Shown here piece after piece: positions 20,785-30,660 of a stretch of DNA of 64,000 bases. The stretch is from Verrucomicrobiota bacterium (lineage in GTDB: Bacteria; Verrucomicrobiota; Verrucomicrobiia; Opitutales; Seribacteraceae): the NCBI GenBank assembly GCA_027622665.1, contig JAQBYT010000015.1, forward strand, positions 13,327 through 77,326, given 5' to 3'. A model generated the notes under the pieces. That model was not told where the DNA came from. It saw only the letters and a list, made by a program, of their open reading frames with translations, and did no database searches. The translations under genes and the position numbers were made by a program. Each line of letters starts with the position of its first letter. Within the stretch, counting starts at the first letter, position 1.

Positions 20785-23466
20785 ATGACGTCGGAAGAAA
20801 TCCGCCAGTCCTTTTTCGACTTCTTCGCCGGAAAGGCCCACAAAGTCTTGCCTTCAGCGTCTCTCATGCCGGAGTCTCCGAACCTCCTCTTCACCAATGC
20901 GGGCATGAATCAGTTCGTGCCTTACTTCCTCGGCGACCGGAAGGCACCCTACCCGCGTGCTGCCGACACACAAAAATGCATTCGGGCGGGCGGAAAGCAC
21001 AACGACCTCGAGGACGTCGGTCTGGATACCTACCACCACACCTACTTCGAGATGCTCGGCAACTGGTCCTTCGGCGATTACTTCAAGGCCGAAGCGATAG
21101 AATGGGCCTGGGAACTCCTGACCGAAGTCTGGCAATTCCCAAAGGAACGCCTTTACGCCACCGTTTACAAACCGGGAGAAGGCGAACCCGCGGATTTCGA
21201 TCAAGAAGCCCACGACCTGTGGACCGCCATCTTCGAAAAGGAAGGTATCGACCCAACACTCCATGTTATCAACGGGGGCAAGAAAGACAATTTCTGGATG
21301 ATGGGTGAGACGGGGCCCTGCGGACCTTGCAGCGAACTCCATATCGACCTAACGCCGGAGGGAGACACCGCTGGCCAACTTGTCAACGGCGACTCCAATC
21401 TCTGCATAGAAATCTGGAATTTGGTCTTCATTCAGTTCAATGCGGACAAGGAAGGTGGCTTCTCTCCTCTCGCCGCCAAGCACGTCGACACGGGCATGGG
21501 CTTCGAGCGCGTCGTCGCCGCAATACAAAGTACGAACGGATTCAGCGATTTCTCAAAAACCGTATCCAATTACGACACCGACGTCTTTCGCCCGCTTTTT
21601 GATGAACTAGAAAAACTCTCGGGCAAAACCTATTCCTCCTCTCTTCCCGAAGGTCCGGAACGCTCCGAGCAAGAAAAAGTGGACGTGGCCTTTCGCGTAA
21701 TCGGCGATCATCTTCGGGCCCTGTCTTTTTCCATTGCCGACGGAATTATGCCGGGCAATTCCGATCGAAACTACGTTCTCCGGCGCATCCTCCGTCGGGC
21801 CATTCGTTACGGCCGCAACCTCGGTTTCTCCGAACCCTTCTTCCATAAACTGGTCGGCGTACTGGTGGAACAAATGGGCGATGTGTTTCCTGAACTGAGA
21901 AACCGTCGCGAGCTGATCGAGAAGACTCTTCGATCGGAGGAGGAATCCTTCAACAAGACCCTTGATCGCGGCATAGAACTCTTTCGCCGTGAAAGTGATC
22001 AGCTCGGCGATAAAAAGGACATTTCGGGCGAATTCGCCTTCCGTCTGTACGACACCTACGGCTTTCCTCTTGATCTCACGCAGCTCATGGCTCGTGAAAG
22101 AAGCCTCTCGGTGGATGAACAGGGATTCAACCTAGAGATGGAAAAACAACGTACTCGCGCCCGCGAGGCTCACAAGACTGTCGAAATCAAGGTAAAGGTA
22201 GACGGCGACGATGCCCAATCCACGAAGTTCCTAGGCTACGAACCCGAAAACCTCACGGGGTTTTCCGCAAACTGCCAAGGCTTGGTTCGGGACGGCGACA
22301 ACGCTTACTTAATCTTCGACCAAACCCCGTTTTATGCAGAAATGGGCGGACAAGTGGGAGATTCCGGAACCGTCGAAATCGGTGGCGAAACCTTGCCCGT
22401 CGGCAGGGTGAGCAAGGATGCAGCAGGGCGATTTCTGCATCCAGTGAAGGGTGACTTTCCCGCAGACCCAAGCGGCCAATCTGCAGTCCTTAACGTCGAC
22501 CTAAACAGACGTCTCGCCATCCAACGCCACCACACCGCCACCCATGTTTTGCACTGGGCTCTGCGCCAGATTCTGGGTGATCACGTCCGGCAGGCGGGTT
22601 CGCTCGTAGAGCCCAATCGCCTGCGTTTCGACTTTTCCCATTTCGAAGGAGTCACCTCGGCCCAAATCGACGAAATCGAGAGACTCGCGAACGAACACCT
22701 TCTCACCAACGACTCCGTCGAAGCCGTTGAAATTCCCTACGCGGAAAAGTCCGACGACGTCATGGCCTTCTTCGGCGACAAGTACGGGGACGTCGTTCGG
22801 GTGGTCGACCTTGGCGGATGGAGCAAGGAATTGTGTGGCGGCACGCACGTTCAGTCCGCAGGAGAAATCGGGTTTATCAAGATAACAAGTGAATCGGCGA
22901 TCGCCGCGGGCACTCGTCGGATCGAGGCGGTTGCCGGTTCCGATGCGTACGCCCTCGCCAACGAACGCTTTCGCCAGGTCGCTTCCATTACCCAAAACCT
23001 CGCCTGCAAACCGGAAGAGATTTCCGAACGCATCGTCGCCCTTCAGGCAAAGAACAAGGACCTCGAAAAAAAGCTGCGCTCGCATGAACAGAAGGGACAA
23101 GCCAACCTTGCCGACAAGCTGATCGCCAAAGCTGTCGAAAGCGACGGCATTCGCTTCGTCAAGGGCATCGTCCGTGACGTCGCGGCCAACGATCTCCGCG
23201 GCCTTGCCGTCCAGGTGAACAAGGGTACCGCTCCCTCCGTTACGCTTCTCGTTTCTATCGCGGGCGAGAAAGCCACCATGATCTGCATCTCCTCCGACGA
23301 AGCCGTCGCCAAGGGGCACAAGGCGGGTGACTTCCTTCGCGAGCTCGCCACCCTTTTCGGAGGAAAAGGCGGGGGTAAGCCCGACTTCGCCATGGGCGGT
23401 TCTCCCTCTGGGGCCGACCCTGAACAAACCCTCGCCGACTTCGCTTTTCCGTCTCAAGATTCGTGA
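20785..23466 (+). CDS. alaS: Alanine--tRNA ligase
   Basis: 893 aa. FTNAGMNQF, GKHNDLEDVG, HHTYFEMLGNWSFGDYFK, editing-domain HTATHVLH, C-terminal DHHA1-like region. Confidence 0.98.
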   Translation: MTSEEIRQSFFDFFAGKAHKVLPSASLMPESPNLLFTNAGMNQFVPYFLGDRKAPYPRAADTQKCIRAGGKHNDLEDVGLDTYHHTYFEMLGNWSFGDYFKAEAIEWAWELLTEVWQFPKERLYATVYKPGEGEPADFDQEAHDLWTAIFEKEGIDPTLHVINGGKKDNFWMMGETGPCGPCSELHIDLTPEGDTAGQLVNGDSNLCIEIWNLVFIQFNADKEGGFSPLAAKHVDTGMGFERVVAAIQSTNGFSDFSKTVSNYDTDVFRPLFDELEKLSGKTYSSSLPEGPERSEQEKVDVAFRVIGDHLRALSFSIADGIMPGNSDRNYVLRRILRRAIRYGRNLGFSEPFFHKLVGVLVEQMGDVFPELRNRRELIEKTLRSEEESFNKTLDRGIELFRRESDQLGDKKDISGEFAFRLYDTYGFPLDLTQLMARERSLSVDEQGFNLEMEKQRTRAREAHKTVEIKVKVDGDDAQSTKFLGYEPENLTGFSANCQGLVRDGDNAYLIFDQTPFYAEMGGQVGDSGTVEIGGETLPVGRVSKDAAGRFLHPVKGDFPADPSGQSAVLNVDLNRRLAIQRHHTATHVLHWALRQILGDHVRQAGSLVEPNRLRFDFSHFEGVTSAQIDEIERLANEHLLTNDSVEAVEIPYAEKSDDVMAFFGDKYGDVVRVVDLGGWSKELCGGTHVQSAGEIGFIKITSESAIAAGTRRIEAVAGSDAYALANERFRQVASITQNLACKPEEISERIVALQAKNKDLEKKLRSHEQKGQANLADKLIAKAVESDGIRFVKGIVRDVAANDLRGLAVQVNKGTAPSVTLLVSIAGEKATMICISSDEAVAKGHKAGDFLRELATLFGGKGGGKPDFAMGGSPSGADPEQTLADFAFPSQDS

Positions 23467-25952
23467 ACCTCAGGCTAGTCCTGCCCCCCACCCTCGCAGC
23501 CTGCGCGGAACGGGACGCCATCCCCACCAAGCTCGAGCTCGACCCGGGATCGGGCAAACCCATCACCCCCGAAAAAGCCGGACCTGCCGGTCTCGCGGGA
23601 CTTCCCGATGCCGAACGAGCCGCCGCCTTCGTCATGGCCCAATGGTGCGGCGGGGAATTGTCCTCTCTTCTCCACTTAAGCAAAAAGCATTTGGCCGAGC
23701 TTCTCAACATGCTTCGCGGCATTTCCTGCTTCTACTTCGCCCACAAGCCGCAGGAGGCAATCCCTTGGGAAGATGGCGACCTGCTCGGCGTATCCCAACA
23801 CCTGCCCAAGGAAAAAACAGCCACCGGCTCGACCCAGGGAGTTCCTTCTTCCCCTTCGGGAACCTCGGAAGAACGTGAAGAGGTCGCCCCCATTCGCGAG
23901 GACGCATGGGCGGATTACGAGGGCCGTCCCATCGAGGTGGAAGGGTCGACCGAGTACCTGATGATCACCTTGCCGTCCGACGAGCATCCCGCCTACCACT
24001 CGACTCTTCGCCTCCTGCGAGAGGCAAACTTCTTGCGCGATCGACAAAACCGTCGCTGGTGGTGGCTTCGCGGACGAGAAAAGACTCTCGATTTCCTAGC
24101 CGAGCACAAGGAGACCCTCGAACTCGACTTCGACGCCACCTTCACGGAAAACTTCCGCAAGCACACCAAAAGCATTCGCGAGGCCACCGTCCGGACAGAG
24201 GCCAAGGAGAAGGATGGCATGGCCGAGGTACAAGTCATCATTCGGGCGGGTGATGCTCCTGAAAACCTGATCGAGCAAGCCCTGGCGATGGGCAGCAACC
24301 ACGTCGAGTCCGACGGCAAGGTTTATTTGCTGGGTAGAAAAATGCTCCAAAAAGCCCATGCTCTCCAGCGCCGCTTGGCGGGCACGCCCGAGGCTCCGCT
24401 CCTGCGTAAGGGTACTTATCACCTACCCACTGAGCAAACCGCCGAAAGCGAAGAAATGCTGTTGGAATTAGACCCCAAGTTCAAACCGCCCGAGGCATGG
24501 AAAACCCGGGCAACGGCTCTCCGCGACCTCGACAAGCTGGAACCACCTCCCCTTTCGAAGGAACTGGAAGACATCCTGCGACCTTATCAAAAGATCGGGG
24601 TCGGATGGATGCTGCATCTCTTTCGCCATAAACTCGGAGGAATCCTGGCCGATGAAATGGGCTTAGGCAAAACTCTCCAGACCCTAGCTGTCCTGTCCTG
24701 CCTCAAGAAAAGAAAAGTCAGCTTCGACGATTCGGTGTCTACCTCGCTCGTGGTTTGCCCCGCATCGCTCGTGGAAAATTGGCGGCGGGAAACCGAACGC
24801 TTTTGCCCCGAGCTGAATGTCTTCGTTCACCATGGCTCCAAAAGGATGAAGAGGGTCGAGGAATTCGCGAAATGGGATCTCGTCATCACATCCTACGGAA
24901 CTCTCGTCCGGGATGAAAACCTATTCGCCTCGGCTTCGCTCCTTTGCGTGATCGGCGACGAGGCCCAAAACCTCAAGAACCGGCGTACACGCAACGCCAA
25001 GTCGCTCGCCTCCCTTTCCTCTCGCGGTCGCTTTCTTCTCACCGGAACTCCCGTTGAAAACAGCCTGTACGACCTCCTGGCCCTCACCTCCTTCCTGATG
25101 CCGGGTGCCCTTCATCCGATTCCCTCATCTTCACGCGGAGACGAGCGCACTTGGCACGAAAAACGTTTTCTCGCCCAAGCGGCCCCCTACATCCTGCGGC
25201 GAAGCAAAAAAATCGTTGCCCCCGAACTTCCCGACAAGATCGAACAAGTGGTATACGTCGACATGACTCCCGAACAGGCCAAGACCTACGCCTCCGTAAA
25301 GGCGGGCGCCGAAAAGGAAATCGTAGCCATGGAAGAAGCGGGCGTCCCCGAAGGTCAGCTCCGCATGAAGACCCTCACGCAGCTCCTGCGACTTCGCCAA
25401 ACCTGTTGCGACCCCCGCTTGCTCGACGACAAACTAGAACCCGGCGCCTCCGCAAAACTCGCGGCTTTCCGGGAAATCCTGCACGGTGCGATAGACGCGG
25501 GAAACCGCATCCTGCTCTTTTCGCAGTTCACCTCTCTGTTGGCTTTGATCCGAGCGGAATTGGAAGCGGAATCGATTCCTCACTGCTACCTCGATGGCTC
25601 GTCCAGAGATCGCATGGCGCAGGTCGATCGCTTCCAAGACGACGAATCCGTTCCCATATTTCTCATATCTCTGAAAGCGGGTGGCACGGGACTCAATCTC
25701 ACCGGGGCCGACTTGGTGATCCACTTCGACCCATGGTGGAACCCCGCCGCCGAGGCTCAGGCGACAGACCGGGCTCACCGCATAGGCCAAACCAAAACCG
25801 TACAAGTGTACAAGCTGATCATCGCCGACTCGGTGGAAGAAAACGTGCTCCGTCTACAGTCGAGTAAAAGAAAGCTTCTGAGCGAGGTTTTCGAAGCGGG
25901 AGAAGCGGTCAACGCATCCATCTCCATAGCCGACATGAAAGCCCTTATCTAA
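23463..25952 (+). CDS. SNF2/RapA-family helicase-like ATPase with an uncharacterised ~380-aa N-terminal region
   Basis: 829 aa. LRPYQKIGVGWM, GILADEMGLGKT, DEAQNLKN, helicase-C motifs (LLFSQFTSLL, LISLKAGGTGLNLTGADLVIHFDPWWNPAAEAQATDRAHRIGQ). GTG start overlaps the alaS stop, so the start is uncertain. Confidence 0.85.
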   Translation: MNLRLVLPPTLAACAERDAIPTKLELDPGSGKPITPEKAGPAGLAGLPDAERAAAFVMAQWCGGELSSLLHLSKKHLAELLNMLRGISCFYFAHKPQEAIPWEDGDLLGVSQHLPKEKTATGSTQGVPSSPSGTSEEREEVAPIREDAWADYEGRPIEVEGSTEYLMITLPSDEHPAYHSTLRLLREANFLRDRQNRRWWWLRGREKTLDFLAEHKETLELDFDATFTENFRKHTKSIREATVRTEAKEKDGMAEVQVIIRAGDAPENLIEQALAMGSNHVESDGKVYLLGRKMLQKAHALQRRLAGTPEAPLLRKGTYHLPTEQTAESEEMLLELDPKFKPPEAWKTRATALRDLDKLEPPPLSKELEDILRPYQKIGVGWMLHLFRHKLGGILADEMGLGKTLQTLAVLSCLKKRKVSFDDSVSTSLVVCPASLVENWRRETERFCPELNVFVHHGSKRMKRVEEFAKWDLVITSYGTLVRDENLFASASLLCVIGDEAQNLKNRRTRNAKSLASLSSRGRFLLTGTPVENSLYDLLALTSFLMPGALHPIPSSSRGDERTWHEKRFLAQAAPYILRRSKKIVAPELPDKIEQVVYVDMTPEQAKTYASVKAGAEKEIVAMEEAGVPEGQLRMKTLTQLLRLRQTCCDPRLLDDKLEPGASAKLAAFREILHGAIDAGNRILLFSQFTSLLALIRAELEAESIPHCYLDGSSRDRMAQVDRFQDDESVPIFLISLKAGGTGLNLTGADLVIHFDPWWNPAAEAQATDRAHRIGQTKTVQVYKLIIADSVEENVLRLQSSKRKLLSEVFEAGEAVNASISIADMKALI

Positions 25953-26000
25953 AAGGTTATCGAATTGTAGCGACGAAAAAAAAACGAATACAGACTGGAT

Positions 26001-28073
26001 ATGGTCAAATACATATGCTCCGTTTTTTTAGCGGTCGGCTTTCTTTCAACGAAAGACCTGCAAGCAGAAGAAAGCGCACCTTTAACCGTTACGGCAAGCG
26101 ACTTAAATAATGGTCAAATCACTTTCACGGCACATGCGACCGTTGACTCCTTGTTTAGTGTAGAAATTCAATTGACCGATCTCTCAAACCTTCGTCCCTC
26201 CAAGGAAGGAAAGCTAATCTTCAACTTGGACGGGAGCGGTGACACTGAATTAATGACCTTGGATCAAATCGAGGTGGGTGGAGGTTGGGGTTACTACTGG
26301 AGCTATTGGTGGAACTATGGATTTTCAGGAGAGAATCAGGACTCCAATTATACCTACAGAATTCCCTACGCGTCCAAGGATAGGTTCACGGTTGGTCAAG
26401 GTTACATGGGATCATGGAGCCATCAGGACACTTACGCCATCGATTGGTCCATGCCGGAAGGAACCACAATATACGCCGCGAGAGGAGGGAAGGTAATAAA
26501 CACAAAGGAAGACTCGAACGAGGGCGGTGCTGAAAAGTCATTCATGGACAAGGCCAATTACATAACGATCGGACATTTGGACGGGAGCAAAGCCGACTAC
26601 CTGCACTTGCAGCAAAACGGGGCACTCGTACAGATTGGCGCAATAGTGAAAATCGGAGACCCCATTGGACTTTCGGGAAATACCGGATGGTCAACGGAAC
26701 CCCACCTTCACTTCCAAGTCTTTCATCAAACAGACCCCCAAACCTCGTCCACTGTCTCGACGAACTTCTTGGGCAAAGACGGAAACGTCGTTTCTATCCA
26801 AGAAGGAGATTCCTACTACGGCAGTGGCGACGTTCAAGCTTCGACGAAGACCTTCGCGAATGCCAATGCAGTCGCCGATTCAGTTTCGGGATGGAGTGCA
26901 AGCCCTTGGCTCGGACGCTTTTTTACTTCCGCGTCAAACTGGATTTATCACGAACACTTGGGATGGCTTTATCCCGTGGACACGGCACAAGAGGGAGTCT
27001 GGCTGTACCACCCGAATTTGAATTGGCTCTGGACAAGCAAGAACACCTACCCGTGGCTGTACTTTTACGATAAGAAAAACTGGATCTATTTCGAACCATC
27101 AAAAGGTTTTTATGATTATTCACAGGGTGCTTGGAGCCCTCATTCAACACATGAAGAAAGCTCAAAATCTTCCACCGCAAACGGATCGAATGCCTCTGGC
27201 CACTCGACCAACACCGATAACGGTTCGGCTGAAACTGAGAATTCATCTTCCTCATCAGATATCATTTTTGACTATCGATACGACAACGGCTACTTCAGTG
27301 CCAACCCCGATCGAAAAACCGCCTTGGAATATGCAGCCAAGTATTGGGAGTCCGTGATCACTTCATCGCATACCGTAGCCCCGGGCACTTCATTGAACAT
27401 GAGGTGGCCTTATACCTCTACCGAATCAGAGACCATAAGCTGTGAGAACGGAGTGCCTGGTTTTCTCGTCTTCCTCTATGCTTATGACTTTCAGCAGGAA
27501 GTGAATACCGACGGAACCCTCTCGCACTCAACGTCCAAGGCAGTGGACTCACGTTTTTCCACTCCCAACGTCGGGGCTCTTTATCTCAACGCAAATGCAG
27601 GACAATCAAGCTCTTGGTTTTTTGACGCCACACCGGAAACCGCCCTCCCTGAGCTAGGTCACGTCCTCGGTATATTGAGAAGCTATCAAGCCCCGTTCGT
27701 GACTACGGATTCCGAAGGCCAAGAATCTTTCGACGGGCCCGCCGTCCGCCAAGTGAACAACGGTCAAGCTCTTCCCCCGGATAAGGATTCGGCGCACGTT
27801 TATTCGAAATTCACCTCTCCCGAATACCTACCGATGCCCAATCTCGACAGACACAGTATGCACGGGAGCAACGTAATTCAGGGGTTTTGCAGCCTTCCCA
27901 CACCAATCGACGTCGCCATGCTCGACGACATCGGTTACGATGTCAACTACGCCGAAATCCGTCTACGGCGACCCCGCAGTAATCAAACAATACCAAGCTT
28001 CCAACCTCTCCAGTTTCGTGGAGGCAAACAGTTCGATCAAACCGCATGGACTTTGGATTTTCGATACTCTTGA
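26001..28073 (+). CDS. Secreted M23 (LytM-type) peptidase with a Trp-rich repeat region and a degenerate metzincin-like C-terminal domain; the 3' end is probably frameshifted into the next ORF
   Basis: 690 aa. Signal peptide. M23 motifs HQDTYAIDW, GLSGNTGWSTEPHLHFQVF. Later ALPELGHVLGI, HSMHGSN and PIDVAMLDDIGYDV. The last ~40 codons are Arg-rich and look non-native. Confidence 0.8.
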   Translation: MVKYICSVFLAVGFLSTKDLQAEESAPLTVTASDLNNGQITFTAHATVDSLFSVEIQLTDLSNLRPSKEGKLIFNLDGSGDTELMTLDQIEVGGGWGYYWSYWWNYGFSGENQDSNYTYRIPYASKDRFTVGQGYMGSWSHQDTYAIDWSMPEGTTIYAARGGKVINTKEDSNEGGAEKSFMDKANYITIGHLDGSKADYLHLQQNGALVQIGAIVKIGDPIGLSGNTGWSTEPHLHFQVFHQTDPQTSSTVSTNFLGKDGNVVSIQEGDSYYGSGDVQASTKTFANANAVADSVSGWSASPWLGRFFTSASNWIYHEHLGWLYPVDTAQEGVWLYHPNLNWLWTSKNTYPWLYFYDKKNWIYFEPSKGFYDYSQGAWSPHSTHEESSKSSTANGSNASGHSTNTDNGSAETENSSSSSDIIFDYRYDNGYFSANPDRKTALEYAAKYWESVITSSHTVAPGTSLNMRWPYTSTESETISCENGVPGFLVFLYAYDFQQEVNTDGTLSHSTSKAVDSRFSTPNVGALYLNANAGQSSSWFFDATPETALPELGHVLGILRSYQAPFVTTDSEGQESFDGPAVRQVNNGQALPPDKDSAHVYSKFTSPEYLPMPNLDRHSMHGSNVIQGFCSLPTPIDVAMLDDIGYDVNYAEIRLRRPRSNQTIPSFQPLQFRGGKQFDQTAWTLDFRYS

Positions 28074-28695
28074 CGATGTCGACAAAGCTCTTGTCGGCTA
28101 TCCTCTCCGTTACATGCCGCCCGCCGGACAAACGGGCCTGATTGCCGATCTTCATTCGACCGATCACCTCTCCGTGCCGAAAAAAGGTTACTTGATCGTC
28201 AACCATACCTTGTCCGAGGCAATGGGTCCCGGCAGCGACGTCACCATTTACTCTCTCCTGTTAGACCTCAGGATCAAAACCGCCAGTCCATGGCGTGCCC
28301 TCTTCAATACGAATCCCTACGCAAGCAACGACGGAGAAATGTTTATCACGGGAGATATGAAAATTGGTGCAAGCGGACTCTATTCCGAAGCCAACGCCTT
28401 GTCCTTGAACAACTGGCATCGAATAATCTTCACCTTCAACGCCAACACTAGCACAGCCAAGATTTACATGGACGGAAACCTCGCCTTGACCAACGCCTCC
28501 ATCTCTCAGTCCCGGTACGGCCTTTATTCGGCCGAGAGCAACAAACCGCTGCTTCTATTGCTAGGGGACGACGATGGTGATAGCGATGCAGTCGATCTCA
28601 AGGCGGCTGCCTTGTATGGCGAGGCCCCAAGCCTTACGATTGGGTGGCGTTCAAAACCGTTCCTTCGGTCTTTGATCAAAAGGAGTCTTACCTGA
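27940..28695 (+). CDS. LamG/concanavalin-A-like lectin domain ORF; probably the frameshifted C-terminal part of the preceding gene
   Basis: 251 aa in the +1 frame relative to 26001..28073, with a 134-nt overlap. LNNWHRIIFTFNANTSTAKIYMDGNLALTNAS is a typical Laminin_G_3-like strand pair. No Shine-Dalgarno sequence before the ATG. Confidence 0.6.
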   Translation: MSTTPKSVYGDPAVIKQYQASNLSSFVEANSSIKPHGLWIFDTLDDVDKALVGYPLRYMPPAGQTGLIADLHSTDHLSVPKKGYLIVNHTLSEAMGPGSDVTIYSLLLDLRIKTASPWRALFNTNPYASNDGEMFITGDMKIGASGLYSEANALSLNNWHRIIFTFNANTSTAKIYMDGNLALTNASISQSRYGLYSAESNKPLLLLLGDDDGDSDAVDLKAAALYGEAPSLTIGWRSKPFLRSLIKRSLT

Positions 28696-28774
28696 GCCGG
28701 TTTCCTTTGCCCTTGAAACACTGGGCATATTCTGAGAAAATGTGTTTTGTATATCCCATTAACCCGTCCGACCA

Positions 28775-30556
28775 ATGAACACACAAACCATCAAAGAAGA
28801 ACAACCTCTACCCGAAGGCGAGCAAGGATCCGCCATGAATGGGGCAGACGCCTTGGTGGCGTCCCTCGAGCGTGAGGGAGTGGAGGTCGTGTTCGCCTAT
28901 CCGGGTGGCGCCTCGATGGAATTGCACCAGTCGCTCACTCGTTCAAAGAGCATCCGCACTATCCTTCCCCGCCAGGAACAAGGCGGGGGATTCATGGCTC
29001 ACGGTTATGCCCGTGCCACGGGCAAGGCGGGTGTCTGCATGGCCACTTCCGGCCCCGGCGCCACCAACCTTGTGACCTGTATCGCCGACGCCTACATGGA
29101 CAGCATTCCACTCATTGCCATCACGGGGCAGGTATACCAGCAGTTTATCGGCAAGAGCGCCTTTCAGGAGACCGACTTCTTCGGTATGACTCTCCCCGTG
29201 GTTAAACACAGCTACCTCGTGCTGGATGCGGAAGACCTTCCGCGAGTCGTCAAGGAAGCTTTCTATCTCGCCGAAAGCGGTCGCCCCGGTCCCGTCGTCA
29301 TCGATATCCCCAAGGATGTCCAGCAGGCTGTCTTCGAGCCATTTTTTCCTGCAGAGGTCGGCGACATCCCAGGATACAAGTTGGATCTTCCCAAAGCCAG
29401 CGACGACGAATTGACAGAAGTGCTGCGACTCATCACCGAAGCCAAAAAGCCCGTCCTCTACACCGGCGGTGGCATCATCTCCGCCGACGCTCACGAGGAG
29501 CTAAAGGAATTCGCAGAGGTCACCGGGCTCCCCGTCACTCACACCTTGATGGGCTTGGGAGTCTTCGATCCCGCCCACCCGCAGTCCCTCTACTGGTATG
29601 GCATGCACGGCACCGTGGCAGGCAACTGGGCCGTATGCGAGAGCGACCTCCTACTCTGCGCCGGCGCTCGCTTCGACGACCGCATCACGGGCAAGGTCGA
29701 CAAATATGCCCAAGAGGCCTACGTCATCCACTTCGACGTAGACAAGTCCGAGCACAGCAAGAACGTTCACGCACACTTCCCCATCCGGACCGACATCAAG
29801 TACGCCCTCAAGCGGCTCTGCGAACTGGCAAAGGAACAAGGCTTCCAAAAGCCCGACCTTACCGAATGGTTCACCTCTCTCGACAAGTGGAAGGAAGAAC
29901 AACCCTTTCATTATACGAAAGGCGAACACATCACTTCTCAAGAAGCCGTCGAGGCCCTCTACGAGGAATCAAAGGGCGAGGCGATCATCACCACAGGCGT
30001 CGGCCAACACCAGATGTGGGCCGCCCAGTACTACAAGTTCAAGGAACCCCGTACCTACATTTCCTCGCTCGGCTTGGGCACCATGGGCTTCGGCTATCCC
30101 GCCGCAATCGGCGTAAAGGTGGCTCGCCCGGATAAGGAAGTCATCGACATCGACGGCGACGGCTCCTTCCTCATGAACGTTCAGGAGCTCGCCACCGCCA
30201 AGATCGAAAAGATCAACGCCAAGTGCCTCCTCCTCAACAACCAGCACCTCGGCATGGTCGTACAATGGGAAGACCGCTTCTACGAAAGCGTCCGCGGCCA
30301 CACCATACTTTGCGACCCCGAAAACATAGGTGGCCCCGACAACCTAGACGCCATCTACCCGGACTTCATCACCATGGCCGCCGGATTCGGCGTCAAGGCT
30401 CGCCGCATATCCAAGCGGGAAGACTTGCGCGACGGCATTCGCGAAATGCTAGAGGCCGACGAACCCTACCTCTTGGAAATCATCGTGCCCTACACCGAGC
30501 ACGTACTCCCCATGATCCCGCAAGGAAAGTCCGCCAAGGAAATCCTTACGGACTGA
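28775..30556 (+). CDS. ilvB: Acetolactate synthase (acetohydroxyacid synthase) large subunit, biosynthetic type
   Basis: 593 aa. [38 protein letters not shown], ThDP motif [10 protein letters not shown]...LNNQHLGMV. Confidence 0.95.
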   Translation: MNTQTIKEEQPLPEGEQGSAMNGADALVASLEREGVEVVFAYPGGASMELHQSLTRSKSIRTILPRQEQGGGFMAHGYARATGKAGVCMATSGPGATNLVTCIADAYMDSIPLIAITGQVYQQFIGKSAFQETDFFGMTLPVVKHSYLVLDAEDLPRVVKEAFYLAESGRPGPVVIDIPKDVQQAVFEPFFPAEVGDIPGYKLDLPKASDDELTEVLRLITEAKKPVLYTGGGIISADAHEELKEFAEVTGLPVTHTLMGLGVFDPAHPQSLYWYGMHGTVAGNWAVCESDLLLCAGARFDDRITGKVDKYAQEAYVIHFDVDKSEHSKNVHAHFPIRTDIKYALKRLCELAKEQGFQKPDLTEWFTSLDKWKEEQPFHYTKGEHITSQEAVEALYEESKGEAIITTGVGQHQMWAAQYYKFKEPRTYISSLGLGTMGFGYPAAIGVKVARPDKEVIDIDGDGSFLMNVQELATAKIEKINAKCLLLNNQHLGMVVQWEDRFYESVRGHTILCDPENIGGPDNLDAIYPDFITMAAGFGVKARRISKREDLRDGIREMLEADEPYLLEIIVPYTEHVLPMIPQGKSAKEILTD

Positions 30557-30660
30557 GCACCCAGGAGGCGTTTCGCTCATTCGTGGCACAAAGTCGGGAA
30601 ACGAAAGTTTTCGGCATCTCGCGGTTGCTCGCAAACCTTCCCTGAATCCCCAAAAGACCT

